A stretch of 64,000 bases of DNA, from positions 47,115-111,114 of the forward strand of contig JBHLKM010000011.1 of assembly GCA_048886685.1 (NCBI GenBank). The letters run 5' to 3'. This document shows, in pieces, positions 9,457-17,901 of this stretch. How positions within the stretch are numbered: the first letter of the stretch is position 1; every line of letters begins with the position of its first letter. The DNA comes from Candidatus Hodarchaeota archaeon (GTDB lineage Archaea; Asgardarchaeota; Lokiarchaeia; Sigyniarchaeales; SOKP01). The notes under the pieces were generated by a model, which made no database searches, was not told where the DNA came from, and worked only from the letters and a program-made list of their open reading frames with translations. A program made the translations under genes and the position numbers.

Positions 9457-11541
9457 ATGGAGAACATAACCTCCCATCCCATATTGAAAATACCTGAAAG
9501 AAAAAAGGTCAACTTTAGTTTTAACGACAAACAGTTATACGGATATAAAGGAATGGTAATCTCTTCAGCACTTTTTCTTAATAAGATCAAAATTTTTGGA
9601 CATCATGTTAAGGATTCAAGCCCTCAAGGAATTTTTTGCGCAAATGGGCAGTGTTCACAGTGTAATGTCATAGCTAATGGGATTCCGGTTAAAGCATGTA
9701 TGACTTCTCTCAGAGAAGGGATGATTATAGAAAGTTGTAATGGATTGCCAGAATTACCTGCTAAAGATGAACCAGTTAAGATAGGGGATCCTGAGATTAT
9801 TGATCTTGAAGTTCTAGTGATTGGTGCTGGCCCCGCAGGGTTATCTGCAACTAAAATCTTAGGAGAATCTAAACTTGAGGTTTTATTAGTCGATGATAAA
9901 GATAGACTTGGAGGTAAGTTAGTTCTTCAAACTCATAAATTTTTTGGTTCTCAAGAGGATGTTTATGCAGGGAAACGCGGTATTGAAATAGCAGAAATTC
10001 TTGGGCAATCCGTACTTTCATTAGAAAATGTTCAAGTTTGGCTTAATAGTGTGTGTTTAGCAGTTTTTAACGATGGGTATGTTGGAATTCTCAAAAATAA
10101 TAAGGAATATGTATTAGTTAAACCAAATTATCTTCTTGTTGCTACAGGGGCACGTGAAAAGATGTTAGTTTTTCCTGGTAATACTTTACCGGGAGTATAT
10201 GGTGCGGGGGCATTTCAAACATTAGTAAATCGTGATTTAATTAGAGCTGCTGAAAAAGTGTTTATTGTTGGAGGAGGAAATGTTGGTTTAATTGCAGGTT
10301 ATCATGCTATTCAGGCAGGAATCGAAGTTATTGGACTAATTGAAGCAATGCCTCAATGCGGGGGGTATAAGGTTCATGAAGATAAGTTAAGACGATTAGG
10401 TGTTCCTATTTTCACAAATCATACAGTAATCTCTGCAAATGGAGATAATAAAGTTGAGTCTATAACTATTGCTCAGATAAATAATGAATTTAAACCCATA
10501 TCTGGAACTGAAAAAACCTTTTCCTGCGATACTATCTTGATAGCAGTTGGTTTAAATCCAGTTGATGAGTTTTACCAAAAGGCAACGGAATATGGTTTAA
10601 AAGTTTGGGTCGCCGGAGATGCCCAAGAAATAGCAGAAGCTTCTGCAGCAATATTCACGGGTAAAATTGAAGCTTTAAAGATATTAAAAGAGATGGGAAT
10701 TAAAACAGAAGAGGATTTAAAAACCCTTCAGGAAATTTCTGAAGTTATGAAGTCAAAACCTCCACCCCCAATTGATGTAGACTTTACATATAAAGAAGAA
10801 GGTATTTTTCCAGTATTCTATTGTAATCAAGAAATACCTTGCAACCCTTGTACCACAGTATGCCCAAATCAACAGATTGAAACAATTGACAATTTAATTA
10901 CTCAATTGCCTTATTTTAAAGATGATCAAGAATGTATAGGATGTGGTAAATGTGTTGCTGTTTGTCCTGGGTTGGCAGTTGTGTTAAAGGATTACAGAAA
11001 GGATAAAAAAAATCCATCCGTAACGTTTCCTCTCGAACTCACCGAAAAAAGGCTTGAAAAAGGTCAAGAAATTGTTGTTACGAGTAATGATCAAGAATTA
11101 GGTCAATTTGAAGTCTATAGAGCAAGGATTCTAAAAGAATTTCCAAAAACTCAATTAATAACTGTTAAATTACCATCAGAAATAGCAAAACAAGCAGTTG
11201 CCATTAAATTATTTAAAAGCATGTATTCTGAGCCTATTGACATCTATCAAAAAGAATTTACTGATGACGCTACGATTGTTTGTAGATGTGAGCGTGTATC
11301 GGTTGGAGAGATACGTAAATGGATTCGTTCAGGTGTAAAGGATTTTAATGAATTAAAAGCTTTAACCAAAGTTGGAATGGGTGCGTGCGGTGGAAAAACT
11401 TGCACTCCTCTAATTAATAAAATATTTCAAGAGGAAGGTATTTCGATTGATGATATTATTCCTGGAACGAAACGCCCATTATTTATTGAAGTGCCGATGG
11501 GAATTTTTGCTAGTGCTAGAGAAAAAAAGGACTTGATATAA
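9457..11541 (+). CDS. Multidomain FAD/Fe-S oxidoreductase, proline dehydrogenase/sarcosine oxidase alpha-like fusion
   Basis: N-terminal 2Fe-2S (CANGQCSQC...C), GAGPAG and GGGNVG Rossmann motifs, ATGA, 2x4Fe-4S (CNPCTTVC; CIGCGKCVAVCP), C-terminal BFD-like (CRCE...GMGACGGKTC). Confidence 0.85.
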   Translation: MENITSHPILKIPERKKVNFSFNDKQLYGYKGMVISSALFLNKIKIFGHHVKDSSPQGIFCANGQCSQCNVIANGIPVKACMTSLREGMIIESCNGLPELPAKDEPVKIGDPEIIDLEVLVIGAGPAGLSATKILGESKLEVLLVDDKDRLGGKLVLQTHKFFGSQEDVYAGKRGIEIAEILGQSVLSLENVQVWLNSVCLAVFNDGYVGILKNNKEYVLVKPNYLLVATGAREKMLVFPGNTLPGVYGAGAFQTLVNRDLIRAAEKVFIVGGGNVGLIAGYHAIQAGIEVIGLIEAMPQCGGYKVHEDKLRRLGVPIFTNHTVISANGDNKVESITIAQINNEFKPISGTEKTFSCDTILIAVGLNPVDEFYQKATEYGLKVWVAGDAQEIAEASAAIFTGKIEALKILKEMGIKTEEDLKTLQEISEVMKSKPPPPIDVDFTYKEEGIFPVFYCNQEIPCNPCTTVCPNQQIETIDNLITQLPYFKDDQECIGCGKCVAVCPGLAVVLKDYRKDKKNPSVTFPLELTEKRLEKGQEIVVTSNDQELGQFEVYRARILKEFPKTQLITVKLPSEIAKQAVAIKLFKSMYSEPIDIYQKEFTDDATIVCRCERVSVGEIRKWIRSGVKDFNELKALTKVGMGACGGKTCTPLINKIFQEEGISIDDIIPGTKRPLFIEVPMGIFASAREKKDLI

Positions 11542-11543
11542 CA

Positions 11544-12710
11544 ATGGTTGAATATGATGTAATTATCATAGGGGCTGGCAGCGTTGGTGTACCAACAGCT
11601 TTAGCAGGTGCAAATGATGGCCTTCGAATACTAGTTCTCGATTTATTACCTTCAGTTGCTCAAGGGGATAATAAACACGCAATAGGAGGAATCCGAGCGA
11701 CTCATTCCCACATAGGGAAAGCCTTACTTTGTCAAAGATCGATAGAGATCTTTTCTACATGGGAAGAAAAGTATGGGGATGATATTTGGTGGCATCAAGG
11801 GGGATATACTTTTTTAGCTTTTACGGAAGAAGATGAGAAAATGCTAAAAGATACCGTAAAACTCCAAAAAAAAAATGGTTTAAATATAAATTTTGTTGAT
11901 ACTGAGAAAATTAAAGAAATTATACCAGGGATTAATGATGATGGGTTATTAGGAGGAACATATAGTCCCGAAGATGGGAATGCTTCACCCTTATTATCTT
12001 TACATGCATTTTTTCGCCAGTCAAAAGAATTAGGTGCTGAATATCACTTTAATGAAAAAGTTAATAATATAATTATAAAAAAAGATAAAATTAGGGGAGT
12101 TAAAACAACCAAATCAAAATATAAAACTAATTTTGTTATTAATGCTGCTGGTGCTCATGCTAAACATATAGGTGCCATGGTTGGTGTCAATTTCCCCGTT
12201 GATCCTGAGTCTCATGAAGCAGGTATTACTGAACCTGTTAAAAAATTCTTTTCACCAATGGTGGTTGACGTTCGACCGTTTGTTGATGAAAAATTTGGAG
12301 GTTCTAAAAATTATTACTTTTATCAAAATGATGAAGGAAAGATATTATTTTGTTTGACCCCCAATCCAAACATTTTTGGTATTGACCGTAGAGAAACTAG
12401 CTCGTTTTTACCTCAAATTTCAAAAAGAATGGTTAAGCTTTTGCCTCGTTTAAGGAATTTAAAAATTAGAAGAACATGGCGCGGTTTATACCCAATGACG
12501 GTAGATGGGAATCCAATTGTAGGTAAGATTGATGAGGTAGATGGATATATTAACGCTATTGGAATGTGTGGGCAGGGTTTCATGTTAGGACCTGGTTTAG
12601 GAGAACTTATAGGTCGACTTCTAAATCAAAAATTGAACTCTCAAGACCATGAAATTTTAAAGAGTTTATCCTATAAACGTGAATATTTTAAAGAAGAAGT
12701 ATTAAAATAG
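11544..12710 (+). CDS. FAD-dependent amino-acid dehydrogenase, DAO/sarcosine oxidase beta/proline dehydrogenase beta family
   Basis: IIIGAGSVG, NAAG, RTWRGLYPMT.DG.P, GMCGQGFMLGPG; starts 2 nt after the alpha-like gene. Confidence 0.85.
   Translation: MVEYDVIIIGAGSVGVPTALAGANDGLRILVLDLLPSVAQGDNKHAIGGIRATHSHIGKALLCQRSIEIFSTWEEKYGDDIWWHQGGYTFLAFTEEDEKMLKDTVKLQKKNGLNINFVDTEKIKEIIPGINDDGLLGGTYSPEDGNASPLLSLHAFFRQSKELGAEYHFNEKVNNIIIKKDKIRGVKTTKSKYKTNFVINAAGAHAKHIGAMVGVNFPVDPESHEAGITEPVKKFFSPMVVDVRPFVDEKFGGSKNYYFYQNDEGKILFCLTPNPNIFGIDRRETSSFLPQISKRMVKLLPRLRNLKIRRTWRGLYPMTVDGNPIVGKIDEVDGYINAIGMCGQGFMLGPGLGELIGRLLNQKLNSQDHEILKSLSYKREYFKEEVLK
12184..12608 (+). repeat. Copy 1 of a 425-bp direct repeat (3' half of the FAD oxidoreductase gene)
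   Basis: Aligns without gaps to 13734-14158 (offset 1550); I counted about 24 mismatches by eye. Confidence 0.95.
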
Positions 12711-13094
12711 ATTAGAAGGATCAGGATCTTGAATTCTACGTAATTTAAGAGATTCAAGAATATTAATAATTTCTTTTTCATTAGATGTTGGGTAAAATTT
12801 CTTCAATATCTTTTTTAAAATCAAATTTATTAGTATAAAAATAAATGTGCTTAATAAACTAGGAATTGTTATAGAAGAAATTATGATTTGAATCAAATCT
12901 TCCCTTGTAACATCTGTTGGTCGATATATAAGAGTATGTGGAAGCGGGGGGTAAAAGAGAATAACTAAAATCGAGAACATACTCATTATGATTAAAGCTA
13001 CTGATAATATTATCCCCCAATAAGATACCCTTTTAGCAATAAAAATAGATTTAAACTTCTTTGTTGAAGTAAAAGTTTGATTTCTATTAGCCAA
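12702..13094 (-). CDS. Hypothetical two-TM membrane protein
   Basis: 130-aa ORF (TTG start) with two hydrophobic stretches; stop overlaps the convergent gene. Confidence 0.55.
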   Translation of the reverse strand: MANRNQTFTSTKKFKSIFIAKRVSYWGIILSVALIIMSMFSILVILFYPPLPHTLIYRPTDVTREDLIQIIISSITIPSLLSTFIFILINLILKKILKKFYPTSNEKEIINILESLKLRRIQDPDPSNLF

Positions 13095-13216
13095 TTCTAC
13101 TCACATTCCAACTAATAATATCTGCTTATTAAAATTCATTAGGTAAGATTTGTTTTTATAATTAATGCTTAATTGGTAAGTATTTAATTCATATAATGAT
13201 TAATCCAAATAAGAGA

Positions 13217-13422
13217 ATGGAATTTGGTTCACTAATAAAAAATGGAATAGCTCTCGATAAAACCGGAAAACCAGATTATATGGGAGACCTTATAGTTTCT
13301 ATTCGAAACCAATCTTGGAAGGTATAAAAGATCCTTTTGATTTCTTCTTCGAAGAAAATTATGATTTTGACAGTTTAAGGAGGATCAAACAAGAAATTTT
13401 AGAAAAATATTTAAAATCTTGA
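13217..13422 (+). pseudogene. Highly degraded remnant of an N-acyl-D-amino-acid deacylase (amidohydrolase) gene
   Basis: MEFGSLIKNGIALDKTGKPDYMGDL resembles MNFDILVKNGKIIDGAGNPGY*ADI at 14279; a second frame carries KDPFDFFF. Confidence 0.45.
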
Positions 13423-13506
13423 ATTTATTTGATTCATTAATTATTAACTATAATTTAAGGAATTTAACATTATATATAATTAAAAACACTGAAAATGCGA
13501 TAAATT

Positions 13507-13733
13507 ATGGTTAGACATTTACTTAAAATATCAGATCTTTCGAGGTCAGAATGTGAACTTATTATAAATAAAGCAATAGATATTAAAAAAAGTCCTAACA
13601 AATATTATAAATCTCTCGAGCATGAAACACTTCTAATGTTATTCGAAAAACCATCTTTAAGAACACGTATCTCATTTGAAACTGGAATGCAACAATTAGG
13701 GGGTCATGCTATTTTTTACTCGATTAAAGATTC
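13507..13733 (+). pseudogene. 5' fragment of a second ornithine carbamoyltransferase, broken at codon ~76
   Basis: MVRHLLK...FEKPSLRTRISFETGMQQLGGHAIFYSIKDS is nearly identical in protein to 15776-16003; it then joins abruptly to oxidoreductase sequence. Confidence 0.85.
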
Positions 13734-14260
13734 GTGTCAATTTACCCGTTGATCCTGAGTCTCATGAAGCAGGTATTACAGAACTTGTTAAAAAATTCTT
13801 TTCACCAATGGTAGTTGACATTCGACCGTGTGTTGATGAAAAATTTGGAGATTCTAAAAATTATTACTTTTATCAAAATAAGGAAGGAAAGATATCATTT
13901 TGTTTGACCCCTAATCCAAATATTATTGGTATTGACCGTAGAGAAACTAGCTCATTTTTACCTCAAATTTCAAAAAGAATGGTTAACCTTTTGCCCCGTT
14001 TAAGGAATTTAAAAATTAGAAGAACATGGCGCGGTCTATACCCTATGACGGCAGATGGCAATACAATTCTAGGTAAGATTGATGAGGTAGATGGATATAT
14101 TAACGCTATTGGAATGTGTGGGCAGGGTTTCATGATAGGACCTGGATTAGGAGAACTTTTAAGTCGCCTTTTAACAGAAAAAACATCCAGTAGTGATAGA
14201 GAAATTTTAGATAGTCTTTCATCTACTCGAGATTTTGGTATAATAGAAGAATTAAAATAA
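13734..14260 (+). pseudogene. 3' half of a duplicated FAD oxidoreductase (repeat copy 2), lacking the FAD-binding N-terminus
   Basis: About 94% nucleotide identity to 12184-12608, then a different C-terminal tail; no GxGxxG. Confidence 0.85.
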
Positions 14261-14278
14261 AAATGGCGAATATTTAAA

Positions 14279-14506
14279 ATGAATTTTGATATATTAGTAA
14301 AAAATGGAAAAATTATCGATGGTGCAGGAAATCCCGGATATTGAGCTGATATTGGAATAAAAAACGGCAACATAGTGAAAATTCACCCAAAATTAGATGT
14401 TCATACAGCAAAAGAAGTAATTAATGCTTCAGACATGATTATATGTTCTGGGTTTATTGATATGCATTCCCACACCGATGTTATCGGTGCTTTTATTTCA
14501 GAATGA
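14279..14506 (+). pseudogene. Truncated N-acyl-D-amino-acid deacylase/amidohydrolase
   Basis: MNFDILVKNGKIIDGAGNPGY*ADIGIKNGNIVKI...INASDMIICSGFIDMHSHTD...*. Has the HxH metal motif, an in-frame TGA at 14342, and ends after 75 codons. Confidence 0.85.
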
Positions 14507-14609
14507 GTTAAGATTTGCCAATGGTCAGGAGTATCAAAATTAAATTAGCTCGCTGCACAAAAATGTAAATAACTTTTAATATTCAATTTCACTAATAATT
14601 AGGAGAACA

Positions 14610-15680
14610 ATGAGTTTTGAAAATTTATTATTAGGAATTACAACTTTTATTGCAGGTTCATTATCACTAACTAATGGAATACTTACATATGTTTATGCAA
14701 GAAGAAGAAAGAATCGTGTTATATTTTTGTTTTCAGCAAATTGGTTTCTTCAAGCAATATTCTGGTATCTGGATGGTACAGCTCATTTAACTTATACTCC
14801 TTTAATTATGGCAATCTCATTTATCCCACACACTTTAGGGGTGCTATTTCTCTTTACCTATATAGAGCTTATTGAAAAAGAAAATGTAAGTTCTTTAAAA
14901 GTTACATTCTTAGTTATTATTGAATTGTTGTTTGTATCTTTAGCATTTCTTCCAGGTGGAATGGAAGTTATTCCTGATTATGGTGTTCATATCATTGGGC
15001 TCTGTAGAATATTTCAAATTATTTTCCTTATCATCTATGTTTTCTACTATTTTACTTGGAGTTATAAAACATGGAGGAGATCCCCTAATGAATTAAGAAA
15101 AAAAGCATCACTTCTATTATTAGGAAGCGCATTATTTTCTATTGTAACAGTTTTGATGTATGTAGTTGGAACCCTCGTAAAAATATTCAATCCTCTTGGA
15201 TTTGTTGTCCATGGAATTGGAGCTTTGATTACTGTAATAGTAATCTGGCAGGAACCAAAACTCATATACGTATTACGTTTTAAGGCATACAGGCTCATTG
15301 TATTGGAAACAGGTAGCGGTACTGCCCTATATAAACATGATTGGGCAGAATTAAGAAATATTGACGAAAATTTCTTTTCTATGATGCTTCAAGCAATAAG
15401 TAATGTGTTGAATGAGCTTCTTCACAAGGGGGAAGTCCGTGAAGTTCATACAGATCAAGCAGTTCTTCTTATCCAACATAATGTTCAATATCCAATTGCT
15501 TCTGTGTTAGTAGCTTCAAAATCATGCAAATCGTTAAGATATGGTTTAAAGGAATTCAATGAACAATTCGTAACAAAATTTTCTTCAGACATTGAGATTA
15601 GTTACCAAAATGTCAGTAGATTTAATGATGCAATTATCTTAGTTAATAAAATTTTTGATTTTGTACCAGAATATAAATAG
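14610..15680 (+). CDS. 7-TM membrane protein with a C-terminal longin-like domain
   Basis: Seven hydrophobic helices in aa ~5-215, then LIVLETGSGTALY...DENFFSMMLQAIS...EVREV...VLV...L..F...F, a longin-like pattern. Confidence 0.65.
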   Translation: MSFENLLLGITTFIAGSLSLTNGILTYVYARRRKNRVIFLFSANWFLQAIFWYLDGTAHLTYTPLIMAISFIPHTLGVLFLFTYIELIEKENVSSLKVTFLVIIELLFVSLAFLPGGMEVIPDYGVHIIGLCRIFQIIFLIIYVFYYFTWSYKTWRRSPNELRKKASLLLLGSALFSIVTVLMYVVGTLVKIFNPLGFVVHGIGALITVIVIWQEPKLIYVLRFKAYRLIVLETGSGTALYKHDWAELRNIDENFFSMMLQAISNVLNELLHKGEVREVHTDQAVLLIQHNVQYPIASVLVASKSCKSLRYGLKEFNEQFVTKFSSDIEISYQNVSRFNDAIILVNKIFDFVPEYK

Positions 15681-15775
15681 TAGATTTTCGGCAGTAATTG
15701 AGTTCTTATTTAATTTATATCTAATCTTTCTTTCTATTATTATAATTATTTCTAATAATTTCAAATTGAATAAAA

Positions 15776-16708
15776 ATGGTAAGGCATCTATTAAAAGTCT
15801 CTGATTTTTCAAAAGAAGAATGTAAAAGAGTTATTAGTAAATCTATTGAAATTAAGAAAAATCCTAAAAAATATGATAAAGAATTAGAAGGAGAAACTCT
15901 TTTAATGCTATTTGAAAAACCTTCACTGAGAACCCGAATTTCTTTTGAAACAGGTATGCAACAATTGGGTGGACATGCTATATTCTATTCAATCAAAGAT
16001 TCCCCTTTGGGTAAAAAAGAAAACATTAGTGATACAGCTAAAGTCGCATCAAGATTTGTCAACATAATAGCTGCTCGTGTCTTTAAAAGGCAAGATATTA
16101 GGGCTCTTGCAAAATATGCCGATGTTCCTGTTATTAACATGCTTGATGATTTTGCGCATCCATGTCAGATTCTTGGGGATTTTCAAACAATCAAAGAAAA
16201 GAAGGGAAGTCTTGATAACTTTAAATTATCCTATTTTGGAGATGCTAATAATAATGTTACCTATGACCTAATGAGGATGTGTGCAATGTTTGGTTTAAGA
16301 ATGGATGTTACTTGCCCTATTAATCCTGAATATTCACCTGAACAAATTGTTATAGATGAAGTATCAGAACTCTCCAAAGATAATGAGGCTGAAATAAAAG
16401 TAGTTCATGATGCACTTGAAGCTGCCAAAGATGCCGATGTGATATATACTGATAGTTGGATGAGTTATGGAATACCAGCAGAGCAAGAAGAAGAGCGAAA
16501 AAAAGCTTTTATGCCCTATCAAGTTACCTCTTCAATTATGCAAGCGGCTAAGCCAAACGCAATTTTTATGAATTGTTTGCCTGCAATGCGAGAATATGAA
16601 CAAACAGCTGATGTTATTGACGGACCACTATCAATTGTATTTGATCAGGCCGAAAATCGTCTACATATACAAAAAGCAATTATGCTCTTTTTACGAGAGA
16701 AATTTTAA
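15776..16708 (+). CDS. argF: Ornithine carbamoyltransferase, probably catabolic
   Basis: KPSLRTR, HPCQ, GDANNNVTYDLMR, YTDSWMSYG, MNCLPA, AENRLH. Confidence 0.92.
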   Translation: MVRHLLKVSDFSKEECKRVISKSIEIKKNPKKYDKELEGETLLMLFEKPSLRTRISFETGMQQLGGHAIFYSIKDSPLGKKENISDTAKVASRFVNIIAARVFKRQDIRALAKYADVPVINMLDDFAHPCQILGDFQTIKEKKGSLDNFKLSYFGDANNNVTYDLMRMCAMFGLRMDVTCPINPEYSPEQIVIDEVSELSKDNEAEIKVVHDALEAAKDADVIYTDSWMSYGIPAEQEEERKKAFMPYQVTSSIMQAAKPNAIFMNCLPAMREYEQTADVIDGPLSIVFDQAENRLHIQKAIMLFLREKF

Positions 16709-16730
16709 AAAGTCTATCTTATCCACTTAT

Positions 16731-16776
16731 ACTTCTTCGTGACGAGATGGTGCGCCGTCTGCAGAACAAGAGAAGT
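16731..16776 (+). other. GC-rich intergenic hairpin, candidate structured RNA
   Basis: ACTTCT pairs with AGAAGT; AGATGG-TGCG-CCGTCT forms the apical stem-loop; GA is opposed to GA internally. Confidence 0.35.
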
Positions 16777-16939
16777 TCCCACCAGGAATGCCTAGTCAAG
16801 ATTTCATAGAATATAGATTTGGAACTATTCCATCTAATTATACTAAAATAGGATTTTTCTGAGAAAAATTTTAAATAATAAGTTAAATATTATCTATTTT
16901 TCCTTTACTTTTGTGTAATTTTATCTAGAGGTTTATTAA

Positions 16940-17854
16940 TTGAAAACATTGATTGTAGCACTGGGCGGGAATGCGCTAATCAAGTTTGGTGATGAAGGGA
17001 CAACAGAAGAACAATTTCGAAACTTACGAGTACCAATTAGTCAAATTGCGAAATTAGCAAAAGAATATAATATAATTATAACTCATGGTAATGGACCACA
17101 AGTAGGCAATCTCTTACTACAACAAGAAGCCACTCAAGCTGTTTCAAAAAGGCCATTACAAATTCTCGTAGCAGAGACGCAAGGTCAGATTGGTTTTATG
17201 ATAGAATCCACTCTAGATGAAGAATTAATGAAAATTGGTCTTGATGAAGAAAAACTCTTTCTTACTGTTCTTACATATGTGAAGGTGGACGCTGAAGACC
17301 CAGCATTTTTGAATCCAACTAAACCTATTGGCCCCGCTTATGATGTTCCAAAACCGGGATATGTGAAAACTGCAAAAGGTTATCGACGTGTAGTTCCATC
17401 GCCTAAACCTATTAAAATTTACCAGTGGCGTGAAATAAAAAAATTAATGGAATTAGGGAGTTGGATTGTAATCGCTTGCGGAGGTGGTGGTATTCCTGTA
17501 ATAAAAGAAAAAAAGAAATTATATGGGGTAGAAGCTGTAATTGATAAAGACCTAGCGAGCGCTAAATTAGCTGAACAAATTAATGCCGACATTTTATTAA
17601 TAGCAACCGATGTTGAAAAAGTTTCTCTTAATTATGGGACCTCAGACCAACAAGAATTAGACAAATTATCAATCTCTGAAGCAAAAAGGTATTTAGAAGA
17701 AAATCAATTCCCAGCAGGAAGTATGGGCCCAAAAATTCAAGCTGTAATAAATTTTTTGGAATCAGGTGGAGAAAAAGCAATAATAACGTCTATTGATAAA
17801 ATAATAGAAGCTTTAGATGGAACAGCGGGAACACACATTCATTCAAGTAATTAA
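16940..17854 (+). CDS. arcC: Carbamate kinase
   Basis: VALGGNAL, THGNGPQVG, PTKPIGP, RRVVPSP, CGGGGIPV, EAVIDKD, GSMGPK. Confidence 0.95.
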   Translation: MKTLIVALGGNALIKFGDEGTTEEQFRNLRVPISQIAKLAKEYNIIITHGNGPQVGNLLLQQEATQAVSKRPLQILVAETQGQIGFMIESTLDEELMKIGLDEEKLFLTVLTYVKVDAEDPAFLNPTKPIGPAYDVPKPGYVKTAKGYRRVVPSPKPIKIYQWREIKKLMELGSWIVIACGGGGIPVIKEKKKLYGVEAVIDKDLASAKLAEQINADILLIATDVEKVSLNYGTSDQQELDKLSISEAKRYLEENQFPAGSMGPKIQAVINFLESGGEKAIITSIDKIIEALDGTAGTHIHSSN

Positions 17855-17901
17855 ATTACACAATAAAATTTTTGAAAATATGAACCTTATAAAGATTTGA
17901 A

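Noticed and set aside
13507-14260. Programmed frameshift producing an OTC-oxidoreductase fusion protein
   Set aside because: Both halves lack essential domains, no slippery site is evident, and the junction coincides exactly with the repeat boundary
14342-14344. In-frame TGA as selenocysteine (Lokiarchaeia encode selenoproteins)
   Set aside because: The position is not a catalytic Cys site, the frame ends 54 codons later anyway, and no convincing SECIS follows; it is a nonsense mutation in a pseudogene
16731-16790. RNase P RNA, SECIS or guanidine riboswitch
   Set aside because: GAGAAGTTCCCACC only loosely resembles RNase P CR-I and the region is too short; there is no apical AA loop or Sec gene; there are no paired ACGR-loop hairpins
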